Shown here one piece after another: positions 12,374 through 23,823 of a DNA stretch of 33,000 bases. Below the pieces are notes generated by a model. That model was not told the DNA's origin. It made no database searches and saw only the letters and a program-made list of their open reading frames with translations. How positions within the stretch are numbered: position 1 is the first letter of the stretch; every line of letters starts with the position of its first letter. Position numbers and translations under genes: made by a program. This stretch comes from Laetmonice hystrix (taxonomy: Eukaryota): NCBI GenBank assembly GCA_965235115.1, contig OZ249451.1:8215001-8248000 (forward strand), in the 5' to 3' direction.

Positions 12374-12927
12374 ACTATTATACTAGACACACTAATAATA
12401 GTAATACAAGTATTTCTATTCTGGCTCAGCTATGCCTATGCTATGTGTAGATATTATTCTTTTTAATGGTTATTAGTCGGAGGGAGGCTCCCGAAATATT
12501 TTTGGGGGTGCCTCTGTCTCACTCTCAAAGTCGCAGTCCTGTCGGCTATGTCAAAATGTTTTTAAAACTGCATTGTTTACTCACTAGATCTACTGTCAGT
12601 GATATACTCTAGGCTCCTATTCCAAGTGTGCTATCTGTACTGTAGACTAGGCTCTATAGATATACTAAAACTTATAATTATAGAACAGTGGTAACACAAC
12701 CAGAGACCAGAGGCTATATAGATTAATTTAGATCTATAATTAAAGTTATAACATTAGAGTGACTGAGTCTATTTCTTAATTTTTTAGTAGGCCTACGGTA
12801 GAACGTCGTCTTTTAGATTAGATCTCTAGAAATGGAAATCCAGGAATCTATTATGAGTATACTATAGTCTATACTCTGTCTCTCCTCGCTTCAGCCAGAG
12901 TTCGTAGGCCTATAGAGAGTACCGGTA

Positions 12928-13550
12928 CAGAGGCGTAGGAAGCACTTTTTAAGTGTGTGTGTGTGTGTGGGGGGGGGGGCAGGGCCATGAGCAGGATTTT
13001 TCGAGGGGGGATTACAGTTTGGCGGGGGGATGGGCGAGCGCCGAAGGCGCGAAGTCATGCTAGGGGAGTCCTGGGGCATTGCCCCCTGGAAAAATTTGAA
13101 ATTGATAGTGTAATTTGGTGGCATTTGGTGCATCTTAGAGCACAAAATAAGGTCTGAAATGTGAGAAAATACCCTCCTCCATAGGCATAGACTTCCAATG
13201 GCAAAAGTCAAGGGGAGGGAAAAAGTGGGGTGGGGGGGGGGGCATGGCCCCCCTGCCCCCTCAGGGGCGGATCCTGGATTTTGGAAAAGGGGGGGGGGCA
13301 GTTGGAATTAAAGGGGGGCCGAGCCCTAGTAGGGGGTCCGGGGGCATGCCCCCGGACAATTTTGAACATCTAGAGTCTCTGAAATGGCATTTCCTGAAAT
13401 TTCCTGCATTCTGAGAAAGCAAAATGTTTGCTTTTACAGTTGCAAACAACAAAATTTTGCCTTTTTTCTGATTGGTACCCTGACGAAAGGGGGGGCGGCC
13501 CCCTCGCCCCCCCCCCCGAATCTGCCCCTGCCCCTATTCCCACGCCCCTG
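12928..13550. mobile_element. Outer G/C-rich MITE (CAG...CTG) with perfect 5-bp TSD
   Basis: CAGAGGCGTAGGAA ... TTCCCACGCCCCTG. TSD CGGTA at 12923-12927 and 13551-13555. Confidence 0.8.
13262..13530. mobile_element. Inner G/C-rich MITE nested in the 12928-13550 element
   Basis: CAGGGGCGGATCC ... GAATCTGCCCCTG. Perfect TSD CCCCT at 13257-13261 and 13531-13535. Confidence 0.85.
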
Positions 13551-15551
13551 CGGTATCTCTGACTCTACCGCCGTCCATGACATGCAGGCGGGCGGGTTGG
13601 TCGGCCCAGCGTCCCGGCGCTTCCTCTGGCACCTCCCCGTGACAATGGTGTCGGGCGAGTCGGTCATCGTCCAGGCGGCGTCCGTGGATTTTGGACGGGT
13701 TGGGCTTTGTTTTTTTCAATATGATGCCTTTTCTTTTGAAAGTATGATGATGAATGAAATCCAATTCTAACGGCCTCATGCCATACACCGGCGTACCGGT
13801 GGCGGTGCCCCAGTGCAAAGACAAAGTTTTAACTTTTATCAGCATTCACATTCATTCAGCGATGTCGGCGGCAGATTCAGATCGTGGTAGATGTCATGCA
13901 TGATTATATAGTTTACTTCACCAACTCTACAAATAGGCCTACCTCGAACACAGACTTTTGCAGAGATCATATTTTGCTGTTATTTTGAGCATCCAGGAGT
14001 GTTTGTCAATATCTAGACATACACTAAACTTCCGTCGAAAAACTGTGAAGAATCTATCATGATGTACTGGCTGCCATGATGATTTGGCTCATCAACTTGC
14101 GTGACAAAGTCAAAGGATCTGTGTCGACTCGATGACTGGTCTGGGGTCCCTTCCGTAGGGTTTTGCGACGATTTAAAAAGGAGACATTAGATAAGAAAGT
14201 TATTTTTGCCTCCCGGAAAACATTCTTGATCTCTTGTGACCTATTGTTACAAACAATCAGACTCTGCAGACTCTTGTGCAGCAGAAAAAAACACAGAGTC
14301 TTTAGCTCGATGACGCGCCTACTGGTCGGGAAAAGTTTCAAAATGGCTAGGCCTACGTCATAGACACTACGTCCCGATTGTTTGATCTCTAAACCAATAA
14401 GAAGATGAGTAAACTGGGTCGGGTGAGAGGTCAAGGTCTATGCTAAAGTTTCCAGAACATTGAGACAAGGATTTTCATCTTTGTAAACTCAAATTACACA
14501 TGGATTTGTCTTCTTTGAAAGGTAATATGACGTTTTTGGTAAGAATACACGCGAGTGCATGCACGGTTGTCAAGGATAGGGTTTTCTTCGACGCGTTTTA
14601 CCTAAAAAAAGCGCATTTTCGGAAAATCGGAAATCGGGGCCTCTTGACCTTGTTTTCCAACGGATCCTGTTCAAATTTATATCATTGGAAAGCTGATTGA
14701 AATTGACATCTGATTTTTGTAAATATTTTGAAGGAATTTATATAAGTTTTGTACATGCAGTGGGTGTTTTAGGGCATGTGTAATGTTTCGGCAAACTTTA
14801 TGGTCGATTTTTTATCTTCACAACATCGTCGTTTCATAAAAAACCTGGGTTATGTTTACAAATTTAATATGCCAGAGTAGGGCATTTTCCCATAAACCCG
14901 ATGGTATCTTCGGATTTTCTGTGGAGTAAAGAACAACGCCACGCGCAGCGAAATAGAAATATATGTTTTTCCCAAATGTTTCAAATGACCGTTTCTTGCG
15001 TGACACACCCATAGGTTTAATATACATTATGTATTGTAAACAGACAGCAGCGAAATGCACTGTCACCTTCACATTACACATTTCGTGTCGAGAACACTCA
15101 AAACCAACGCTGCCTTCCGCCAACAGCAATGTCTGACCTGCAGGCATAGCGTTGCAACGGGTGAGATGATCACGTGATTGCGGCTATAGTCTCGCATTCT
15201 ATGAAAAGGGGGTAAAGTCGCCCGGCCAAAACTCTGTCGCCTAGGTGGGCTGCAGGTCTCGAAAAAGACGCGCGTCATTCCAAATTTGCTGGTTTTTAAA
15301 TATTTTTTAAAAATAGTCACGAAATCCAATCAGGCAAGTAGGCAGTGCTATGGAACATAATTACCAGACTATATACAGGCAGTTATATACAGGCAGTATT
15401 TTCGCCAATTTGTAAAATCTATATGAATTAGGTGACATGATTCCTTTAAGTTTGAAAAAAGCTAGAGGACATACATTTTCAGAACATCAACGATTCCTGG
15501 CTGCGTATGAAAATGTTATATAGAGCACGCAAGAAGATACTACCTGAGTCG

Positions 15552-16021
15552 AGGGTCAGAAATCTGCGTGACACTGATGGATATTAGATCCTTCCATTAC
15601 CATTTTTCTATTTTCCATTACCAGGTAAACATAAATATTGGTAATCATTATTGGATATTCTGTCAGCAGCTCGTTCATAATGGAGGTTTTATGACGTGAC
15701 AATACAGGTATATTTTGGCGTGTGAATTGGTTTTCAGGGGGTTTCTATCGCCTGGGAAGATAAACTTCTTCTGGAAGCCTTTTCCTGCCATAGGATGAGA
15801 GTGGAGTGGGAATATATGGCCGAACACGGTTTGTACTTTTAAATGTTACTGCTTGCACCAGCTATGCTTTCTTGGCGATCACAGGTAAGGAATGTCCTCA
15901 GTTTCACCTTTGGATGTACGTAAGAGGCGATGAATGGGATGAGGATGGTGTTGGGGATTGTTGAAGGGTCAGAAATCTGCGTGGCACTGATGGATTTGGA
16001 TCCTTCCATTACCATTTTTCT
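15552..16021 (+). repeat. Dispersed ~57-bp direct repeat (15552-15609 and 15965-16021)
   Basis: AGGGTCAGAAATCTGCGTG(A/G)CACTGATGGAT...GATCCTTCCATTACCATTTTTCT present twice, about 413 bp apart. Confidence 0.9.
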
Positions 16022-16953
16022 CGGGGCCTTCCCCAGTGCTCTGCGACTGGGTCGTCAAAGTATTCGGTATGCCCAGCCGTGTCTGTGCGACCGGGCATGT
16101 TAAAACACCCTTGCCATGGGGGGGGGGGGGGGGGGGGAGGCGATTGCCTCCCAAGGAGAGCTACCTTCTTACTTCATGCTCATCATCTCCCCCATGCACT
16201 CGGAGGTACACTATACTACAGGTCTTGAGACGGCGTTTCTTATCGCCAAGGCTATGGCTGTAATACTGCCGACAGGAGTAAATTCCCCAATTCACTCACC
16301 CGTTTAAATTGGTACGGTAGCAGCTGTGTTTCGACAGTATTCACTTCCCACACACTCTACCTTGTTCTCTTCTATTGCTTCAATTGGCGACTTTGAATTT
16401 AATGTTACATACGCCCTTTTTTGCCATTGTGCGTCGTGTGTTCTGCCATTATCATCTCCTGTTCTCATTATAAACAAGTAATTCCAGCTTCGTTGATTCA
16501 AATGTTGTTTACATTTAGACAACTAATGAATGAATGAACATTCGGAAGAGAATCTGCGCACTTATTCACAACCATTTTTTTTTAATGTTTCAGATTTAAT
16601 CGCTGGGATATATGGATATAGGTCAGTGGATTAAAGTTCTTTCAGTTCTACTGCCCATCTTTAAAGATATTAACAACCCTGGAAATTTGGACAGAAATTA
16701 TAATAATACCGTGGTTTTGTGCTATAACCATGGATGATTTGAAATGTGTACCCCTATAACTGCAAGAAAGCCAAGGAGATAACAGTTTGGGGGTAATTTC
16801 TTTTATATAAAACCCACTTTTCAAGGGCATCGTCTGTTCAGTATGGAGGCACACATCAGTCCAGGAGAGGAAATTTATGTTAGATCGATTGAAGCGTTAT
16901 CTTAAATGGAAAAGTTTTTAGTCCTAATAAGACGCGATAATTCGCGAAGATTG

Positions 16954-17136
16954 TCACGAGCTCTGAGCTCGGAGCTCCCAGCTGAAGAAGTACTGCTCTT
17001 CTGCCTCCTTATCATTGCACTCGTAAAGTTTGCAATGGAATCTCCAGCCATTCTCCGACGTGATTGAATGTAACATTCTCAGCCGCTGCAACTTGTCGCC
17101 GCGAATATTGCGACTAGCGTTGTCTGGCTCAACGCG
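16954..17136 (-). CDS. Candidate terminal coding exon (60 aa), weak resemblance to KCTD C-terminal domains
   Basis: Good acceptor ctttttaagtgtttgtcattccag| then the open frame RVEPDNASRNIRGDKLQRLRMLHSITSENGWRFHCKLYECNDKEAEEQYFFSWELRAQSS*. The composition is protein-like and ATTAAA hexamers lie downstream (about 16581-16600). No upstream exon identified. Confidence 0.3.
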   Translation of the reverse strand, partial: RVEPDNASRNIRGDKLQRLRMLHSITSENGWRFHCKLYECNDKEAEEQYFFSWELRAQSS

Positions 17137-18742
17137 CTGGAATGACAAACACTTAAAAAGCCGTGACCTTCTTCCTGGAAAGACTGGACGGTTTCATGTT
17201 AAGTGCAATCCATTAAACTGATAATCTAACGTTTCTGTCTGTGTAAGATCCAGCCCCTAAATCTATCTGACATTGATATATTTTCTTTTATAAATCAATG
17301 CCTCAAATATTTGATGTAAGGAACCCCTCTATCGCTCAACTCTATATTTATTTTACCCGAGTGAATCTGCCCTCTTCAAAGTGGCATGTAATGTCACATT
17401 CTGACAGTTCAGGAATTCATACGGAGTTGGTCATGCGTTATACTGCATTATAATATTTGATTTTTCTTTAATACGGCAAATTAAAAGTGACCCAGGAGCA
17501 GGCACAACCATATAATCTATGTTTGTTCTATAATCGAGTACATCTTAGCTATGTTAACCCTCTCTTCTCGAAATGTGATAAACATAATGAGCATGCTAAG
17601 GTGTTAGTGAGGCAGATCAAACAATGGTCAGAGTGGCTTCCTTATCAGAAGTTGTCCAACTCTGAGAGCACCACAATGTAAGCGATCTGAACAAATGGGA
17701 GCTGGCTTCCGGTGACGTCATAACGGCAATGTTCCTTCCGGTAATGCCATTGAAACCGATGACTGATCGGACACGAGACGAAACGAGGTGATGACGTCAT
17801 AGTGTTGTCCTAGAACGGACGTCCGCTGTAGTTTGGGCTGTTGGAAAGACTATTATATAGTCCCCAAGATGAACCAAACTATTCAATCATGTGGAAAGAT
17901 TCCGCTTGCGAACTCTTTTAAACGGGCAATATGATACGCTTCCCGGGCACCTCGCATTTTAGTTAAAAAACTGATTTTCTTTTTCTGATTATTGTGACAA
18001 ACAGGTCTTCAAAATCAGTGGACCCGAAAGGATAGCATACATCATGTATGTTTGTATATACGCATGAAGACATGAAGACAGCGGTCAACCGTTCTCGAAG
18101 ATGACCCTTACTTTACACTGACGGCGAGAAATGAAGGCGAACAGGTGACGTCGCTAAATTGACAGGCGTGAAAAAGATGTTGGTTTCCATGGAGATTTCC
18201 CAGTGGTGTAGTTTGTGTCCATGAAATGAGACACCGTTATCCTTTTTATCCATCCAGCGTTCCAATAACAGTGTCGAGAAGAAAGGTTGACATACGGTCT
18301 ACTCGGTGAGGAGACTGAATTAGACGACTCGCCAGAATCAAACCCCCTTTAAAGAATAATTCTTGCCTTGAAATTCGTTCTTTTACCAAACAGTGTTGTG
18401 CCTACATAGTTGCCATTTGAAGCCCGATGCTATCGTCCATGAATCTACAGCGTTGTTTTTCATTATTTTAGTTTCTTTAAATCTTTACCGTTTCATTTTC
18501 GTCGCATACAAAAATACGAAACTTAACTTTGAGAGTATATTTTTATTGTTACTAATTAATCAAGATAACTAGAAAGCACAGTAATCCATAAGCTACCCCA
18601 AGAGGACACAAGAGTTATAGAAAGGCATTTGCAGTATATTTCCAGTCTGTGAACGCAGGTCTTGCTGATCTCAAGAGACTATTTTTCTCTGGAGCATAAA
18701 ACCTCCTGCTTCCTAATTCAAAAAAAAAAGAGAACAACAGCT

Positions 18743-18800
18743 TATTGCAGGAGGCATGACCTGTTAACCTCTATTGCAGGAGGCATGGCCTGCCAACCTC
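18743..18800 (+). repeat. 29-bp tandem duplication
   Basis: TATTGCAGGAGGCATGACCTGTTAACCTC followed by TATTGCAGGAGGCATGGCCTGCCAACCTC. Confidence 0.9.
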
Positions 18801-21800
18801 AGAGAAATGCAGAGCTGTAGAAATGTACAGCGTTTTTAAACGCAGTTCATGTCTGGAGCATTTTCCATTAAAGCAGACGTGCTGACACCCGAGAAATAAT
18901 GGCAAGTATTCTTAGGGATTCATCAGTATTCCTATATTAAGCAAATGAAGTAAGGAAATGAACATGACGACACCGAATGGGCAATAATGAAGGACCGAAA
19001 CAATGGAATGAACGTCTTTCCAAACTGCGATGACGTCATCACCATTTAACGACTTGAACCCTTTGTCTTTATATTTATTTATTTAATGAAATTTTGTCTG
19101 TTTGTTCCTTTCGTATGTTTGTTTGATTGTTTGCGGCATTCACGATATCGTGGTTACTTATGACCAGGTAAGCGTAGTGCAGAAACCATGACGTTCCGTC
19201 CTGTGCGGACTAACAAATCACCATGGCTGGACGCGGCTTGTGTACTTGCCATCGCCTTGGTGTTGTTACGTGTGATCCCAGAGTTCCCCGCGCGCCCTAC
19301 CTTCTTTTTTTATCTTCTGGTCACCCGGAAACGATGAATTGGACGTGCTGTCCGGAACGAAGCGCATGGTTATTACTTGGGAAACGTTCGTGTTGTAATG
19401 GGGGCTACGCCGGTGGTCCTGATAATGCACGATTCGTGTTTTATGGCAGGCGATACGGCCGACATTCAGAGCTGGGAGCTGTATTATTTCCTCCTCCCCC
19501 CTCCCACCTCCATGCGCCGAGTGCTGTCGCTGTTTTGACGAATGTTGCACTGGCTATTTTTGAAAGGGAATATGTACATGTATGAGGCCAGCCTGGACGT
19601 CACACATGTAAGGAGACCTGAGTTTATTTATAGTCATTACCGATCCTCATTTACTGACATAGCTCCAGAATCGTGTTCCCATGTATGTGAATGTGAATGC
19701 CCCCCCCCCCCTGTGAACCTCTCCATCAGTTAGAATACAAAAAGACACAAACCTGGGCGTATGTAGCTAGGCTACACCAAGCGGAAGACCGACCTCTCCT
19801 TCTTTTTTTAAATATCTTATTTTCCTCAACGCCATGTACATATACATGTATACATACCTAAATCCACTGCATTTATGTTAGCAACAGACAAATAATATAA
19901 TTTGTGGCTCTTTTTGTACTCCTTATGTGAAATTACACTGGCATATAATGAGAACTAGGCCTAAATCTAGTTTAAGTTTTTGCTGACATGAGCTGGTGAG
20001 GTATATGGCTTTACCTGAAGACCAAGGGATGCACATATTCAGCTAGATTAAGAATGTTTTATCTACCTTTTACAGCGAGATTAAATGAAGGTTGTTTAAA
20101 ATTATCTTAACAACAATGGAAAAATATCAGACACAGTCTCCCCGTCTCGGGTATTAATTCGCGATTCAGATACGTGGCTGTCAAATATCTTCACTTTCTG
20201 TCTCAAATATGTTCCATCTTAAGAACATGAACTACCGGCCTTCTATAATTATAAGTTGATATGGTTCGGAATCACAATGGCCCGTATAAAAATGACGGTA
20301 ATTCTACATTATGAACAATGTGGAGGGAAATAGAAACAGTGATTTCAGATAATAGGTCATGAAAAAATGTTGATGTTTCTCATGAAAGGCATGCTTACCC
20401 ATCAACAGCCGTGATTACCACTGTACCTAACATAACATTATTGTATCTGAGGAGGCATAAAGTAATTTTCACTGTGGAAGTTTATACTTTGAGCTCAATG
20501 CGTTTAGGATATTATCAACATTTATTCCTATGTATAGGGTAAAAGTTTTTTTCGAACAAATTAAGTTGTACAAATTACATTGTCACGTCATTTTAAGCCA
20601 TTATTCTTCAAATTAACTTTCTGCTAATTTCGCTTATTATTTAAGCTCCCCATCCCTCCCTAAGAAATCCTAAGAGTTTCATTGCGTGGCTCCCCTCACC
20701 TTTACTTTCAGATAAAGCTGGTCAAGAAATGTCTTTGGGATCATATCGATGTTACTTTTTCAGTGATATTTGGTCGTCATGTGGAGACAGCTGCAGAGAT
20801 TTCCACTTGATTCCCTGCTCAGTGATGACCCATAATGGTACATGGGAAAATGCTAGCACGGACCGCCAATGATTATACGCGCCCGTGGAACACTGCGCTT
20901 CATTTCGCTATAATTCATGAGCTCCTAATTGTGTGGTCGGCAGGCCTATGTATTTATTATGTAAGTATTGGGTGTATATTTAATTTGCAGCGACCACTGT
21001 CAAATACATCTAGGCCTAATGCGACGATGTTATACATGCCGCCAAATACTCAGAACATCCCCACATTATTTTATGATCGCTTCGAGTCCGAAACCTTTTG
21101 AAGTACACATATATTCCTAAGAACGTGGTATCGTCACGCGGAAGGAGGTGTTGGTACCCCCCCCCCCCGACATAGTATCATCTGATGATTCTGTGAAGAT
21201 ATACGAGATATTGATTTGAAAAATATTTGATCGACGTTACTTACCAACCCTCAGAATTGGCGGGATGCAATACGGGATAAAAGATGACCGAGCGAATTCT
21301 TCTCTGTGCATATTGGTTATTCGCTGTAACCGATATATTGACTCACAGTGCTTTAAAGCTGTTGCACTTTGCGTCAATATCTATCTACCTTGCGGGGAAA
21401 GCCCGTATGTGTAGTGTGTATGAGCTCTCTATAATAAAAAATCAACATGGCTGCAAAAGAAGAAGTCTCTATCTCTACAACTGATGGCAAAGGGCATATT
21501 TAGTGGATATTACATTTCGGAGGGGAAGTTTAAGGAATTTATGCCCCAATATATAGGCTCGAGGAGAGACCGAGAGTTTATTTTTAGGATATAAACTCTA
21601 TATGTCAATTATTAACCTCGAAAGTTGTTTTAAGGAAGCTGGGTAGCTGTCATGGCAACGTAATCTTTCAATTGGCCCACCTTGATCAACATCGATTTGT
21701 TTCAGGCCATTTCAGACCATATTTCATGTATAGGGTGCGCAGATTAATCGCTAACTCAGACTGAACGCCTCGAAAATTCGAATCGAGAGAGAAAAATTCC

Positions 21801-23416
21801 CTGGAAATTACATACGGGGGCTAAATGTGACCCGACTCCGTATAGGAACAACATAACCCTTGTATCAGTACATGTTAGTATCAGAAGACACAAAAGTTAT
21901 TCGTATTTGTTGGGAATTTACTGATTTCGTGTGCAGTTGACTGTCAGGCCGATCCGAATAAGACCTATTTTTAGTTTAAGAGTAGTGCAATTGCTTCGTA
22001 AAGGCGCTTTGTATTACATTAATTTGACAAATTTGCCTGTCTAGGGAATGAAACAGAAAGTGACATAGGAATAGCTACATGCACAGTGTATGGGCCGCAC
22101 AGATATTGAATAGTGCCTGTACATGTTGATCTCATCCAACTGTTTGCGAGTTGATGTCGAGCATTGATATTAATACTAGTAATTCAACATTTCACAGGGC
22201 GAATGTCTATTGAATCTGTATGCAATTGCATTAGGTTTCAATTTCAACAGGTAATTTCACGTAATAAGATTCAGTGAAAACTTCTACAGCAACCTTTCAA
22301 ACGAATTCATTGAGAGAATTATTTTATACCTAGTCAAATTCTGTAATATTTCGTGCAGATAAAGAAAAGAGATATCTCTTACATTATATTATTCTGACCA
22401 CAGGCAGACTACAGGCCGCTCCCATGGGTTAGTGAGAGAAGTGAGTGCCTCTAAAAGAGGACTCTGCTTTTTAAATCAATTTGCAGGAAAGTGCCGTGCA
22501 TGAAAAAATTACGTTAAGTGTACGTGAAAGACCTAAACATCCACTTAATATGCATGTCCTTGTCCTTACCAAATTTACCAAATTTACAGTAATTTCAAAA
22601 TGGCTTGATATAATATATAGCCATATATTTTAACAGTTGTGAACTAGTGGTGAAAATATTGTAAAATATTACTATTTTTCAGACCAATGCTTTGTATATA
22701 AACTGCTATTTTATTGGAAAAAATGACCTGGTAATAATTGCTCCCAAAGTAACCGGCACGGTGTAGCGTTACCTCACTGACGTCCAGTCTGTCGTCATTT
22801 CTAATCAGGCAAATTGATCTAATTTATGAACAGTAAGGACACTAATTAGGTTTGCCGTAGACACTGTTCTCTGATCCTTTGTGAACTTCATCCACTTACA
22901 AGGATGCCGCGGCCATTTTTATGTGTGATCAGATGTTTCCTAATCGGCCGCTCCAGGAGCTTAAATATATATAGTTATCCGTTGTACAGGGACCATTTCT
23001 CGACGTCAATGCCTGCTCCGAGCCTTTTGGAGAGTTAATACATATTAAACACGTTCTCTGGGGCTGCCGCTGTTCGGATTTCTAATTGGTACTGAGGTAT
23101 ACAACACAACAGAGACAGTAAGAGAGTCCCTTTGTCAGGTAAAGACTAAAATAGATATGCTGACATTTATAGTGCTGTATAAAAGCGTCCGAGGTCCTTA
23201 AAGTTCTAGCCAGTAGAAGATGGCCGTACAAGGTCGGTGTAGGCCTACCTGTATTGTTACGTTAACGGTGGAGATGGCCGGACTGGTGGCACTTTTTTAA
23301 ACAAGAATACGTTCAGCTTCCACACGGGTACGTGGTATAGGCCCTGGTTGTATTACACCAAGTCTGGGTGTCAGAAAGGTGCGTGAGTGCGTGGAATTAT
23401 TTACCACGTACATATG

Positions 23417-23823
23417 CAGACCTCCCAACCCATCAGAATTTGTCGGAAATTTCCCGATTTTTTTAAACTCTTTTTGCCACTTTTCCGCCTTACCCGCTTA
23501 ATTTTCCGCAAATCTGTTGTTTTTCTCCTAATTCATGCATGAATATCATTTCATGCCACACTCGATGATTATAAGAGTAAAGCCACCTCAGTGCTTGGCG
23601 AGTAGATCTATAACTAAATTCTAGCCCCCTATATCCACTGGTATACACAGAACCACAGTACAAATGGCCTTGGTCTAGTAAATTTTAAAAGCATATATTT
23701 GTAGGCTGTGGTCTATAATAAGCACTAGGGCAAGTCACTATGTTTTTGTACCTTCATGCCGCACCGCGATTGCTCAACCCCTGTCGAGTAAATTCTGAAT
23801 TCTGAAGCCCAAATGTTGGGAGC
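23417..23823. mobile_element. Possible old hAT-type MITE
   Basis: Left end CAGACCTCCCAAC, right end GTTGGGAGC (eroded). Flanks TACATATG / TACATGTG (7/8 match), consistent with the 8-bp TSD of hAT elements. Confidence 0.45.

Larger units (their letters stand above)
11065..14500 (-). pseudogene. Decayed two-exon gene inside the Kolobok element (possible accessory KolX-like or captured gene)
   Basis: Exon A (about 14500-13943) includes the 125-aa ORF and, after a frameshift, WQPVHHDRFFTVFRRKFSVCLDIDKHSWMLKITAKYDLCKSLCS. Donor AG|GTAGGC at 13942 and acceptor TTTTCAG| at 11730 give an in-frame join into SLMLEYTDQQFLKVLMRDVFRSRMN. Exon B (11729-11065) has stops and frameshifts and ends ...KSLCKHLKENYYILK*. 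No family motif recognised. Confidence 0.45.
8996..15445. mobile_element. Kolobok-type DNA transposon (decayed / non-autonomous), 6.45 kb
   Basis: TTAA TSD at 8992-8995 and 15446-15449. TIR AGGAATCATGGCACC / GGTGACATGATTCCT (14/15 match) with a purine-purine start (AG), typical of Kolobok rather than piggyBac (CCC). An additional inverted subterminal block at 9100-9136 vs 14973-15009 (32/37 match) ties both ends to one element. Confidence 0.85.

Noticed and set aside
12891-13845. Several 60-128 aa Pro/Gly-rich ORFs
   Set aside because: Derived from poly-C/G MITE sequence and an adjacent GC-rich patch, with no recognisable domain.
15738-15884. Exon-like segment (TTTTCAG ... CAG|GTAAGG) on the plus strand
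   Set aside because: All three reading frames contain stop codons.
19223-19585. 120-aa ORF
   Set aside because: No domain similarity or splice support; likely chance in GC-richer DNA.
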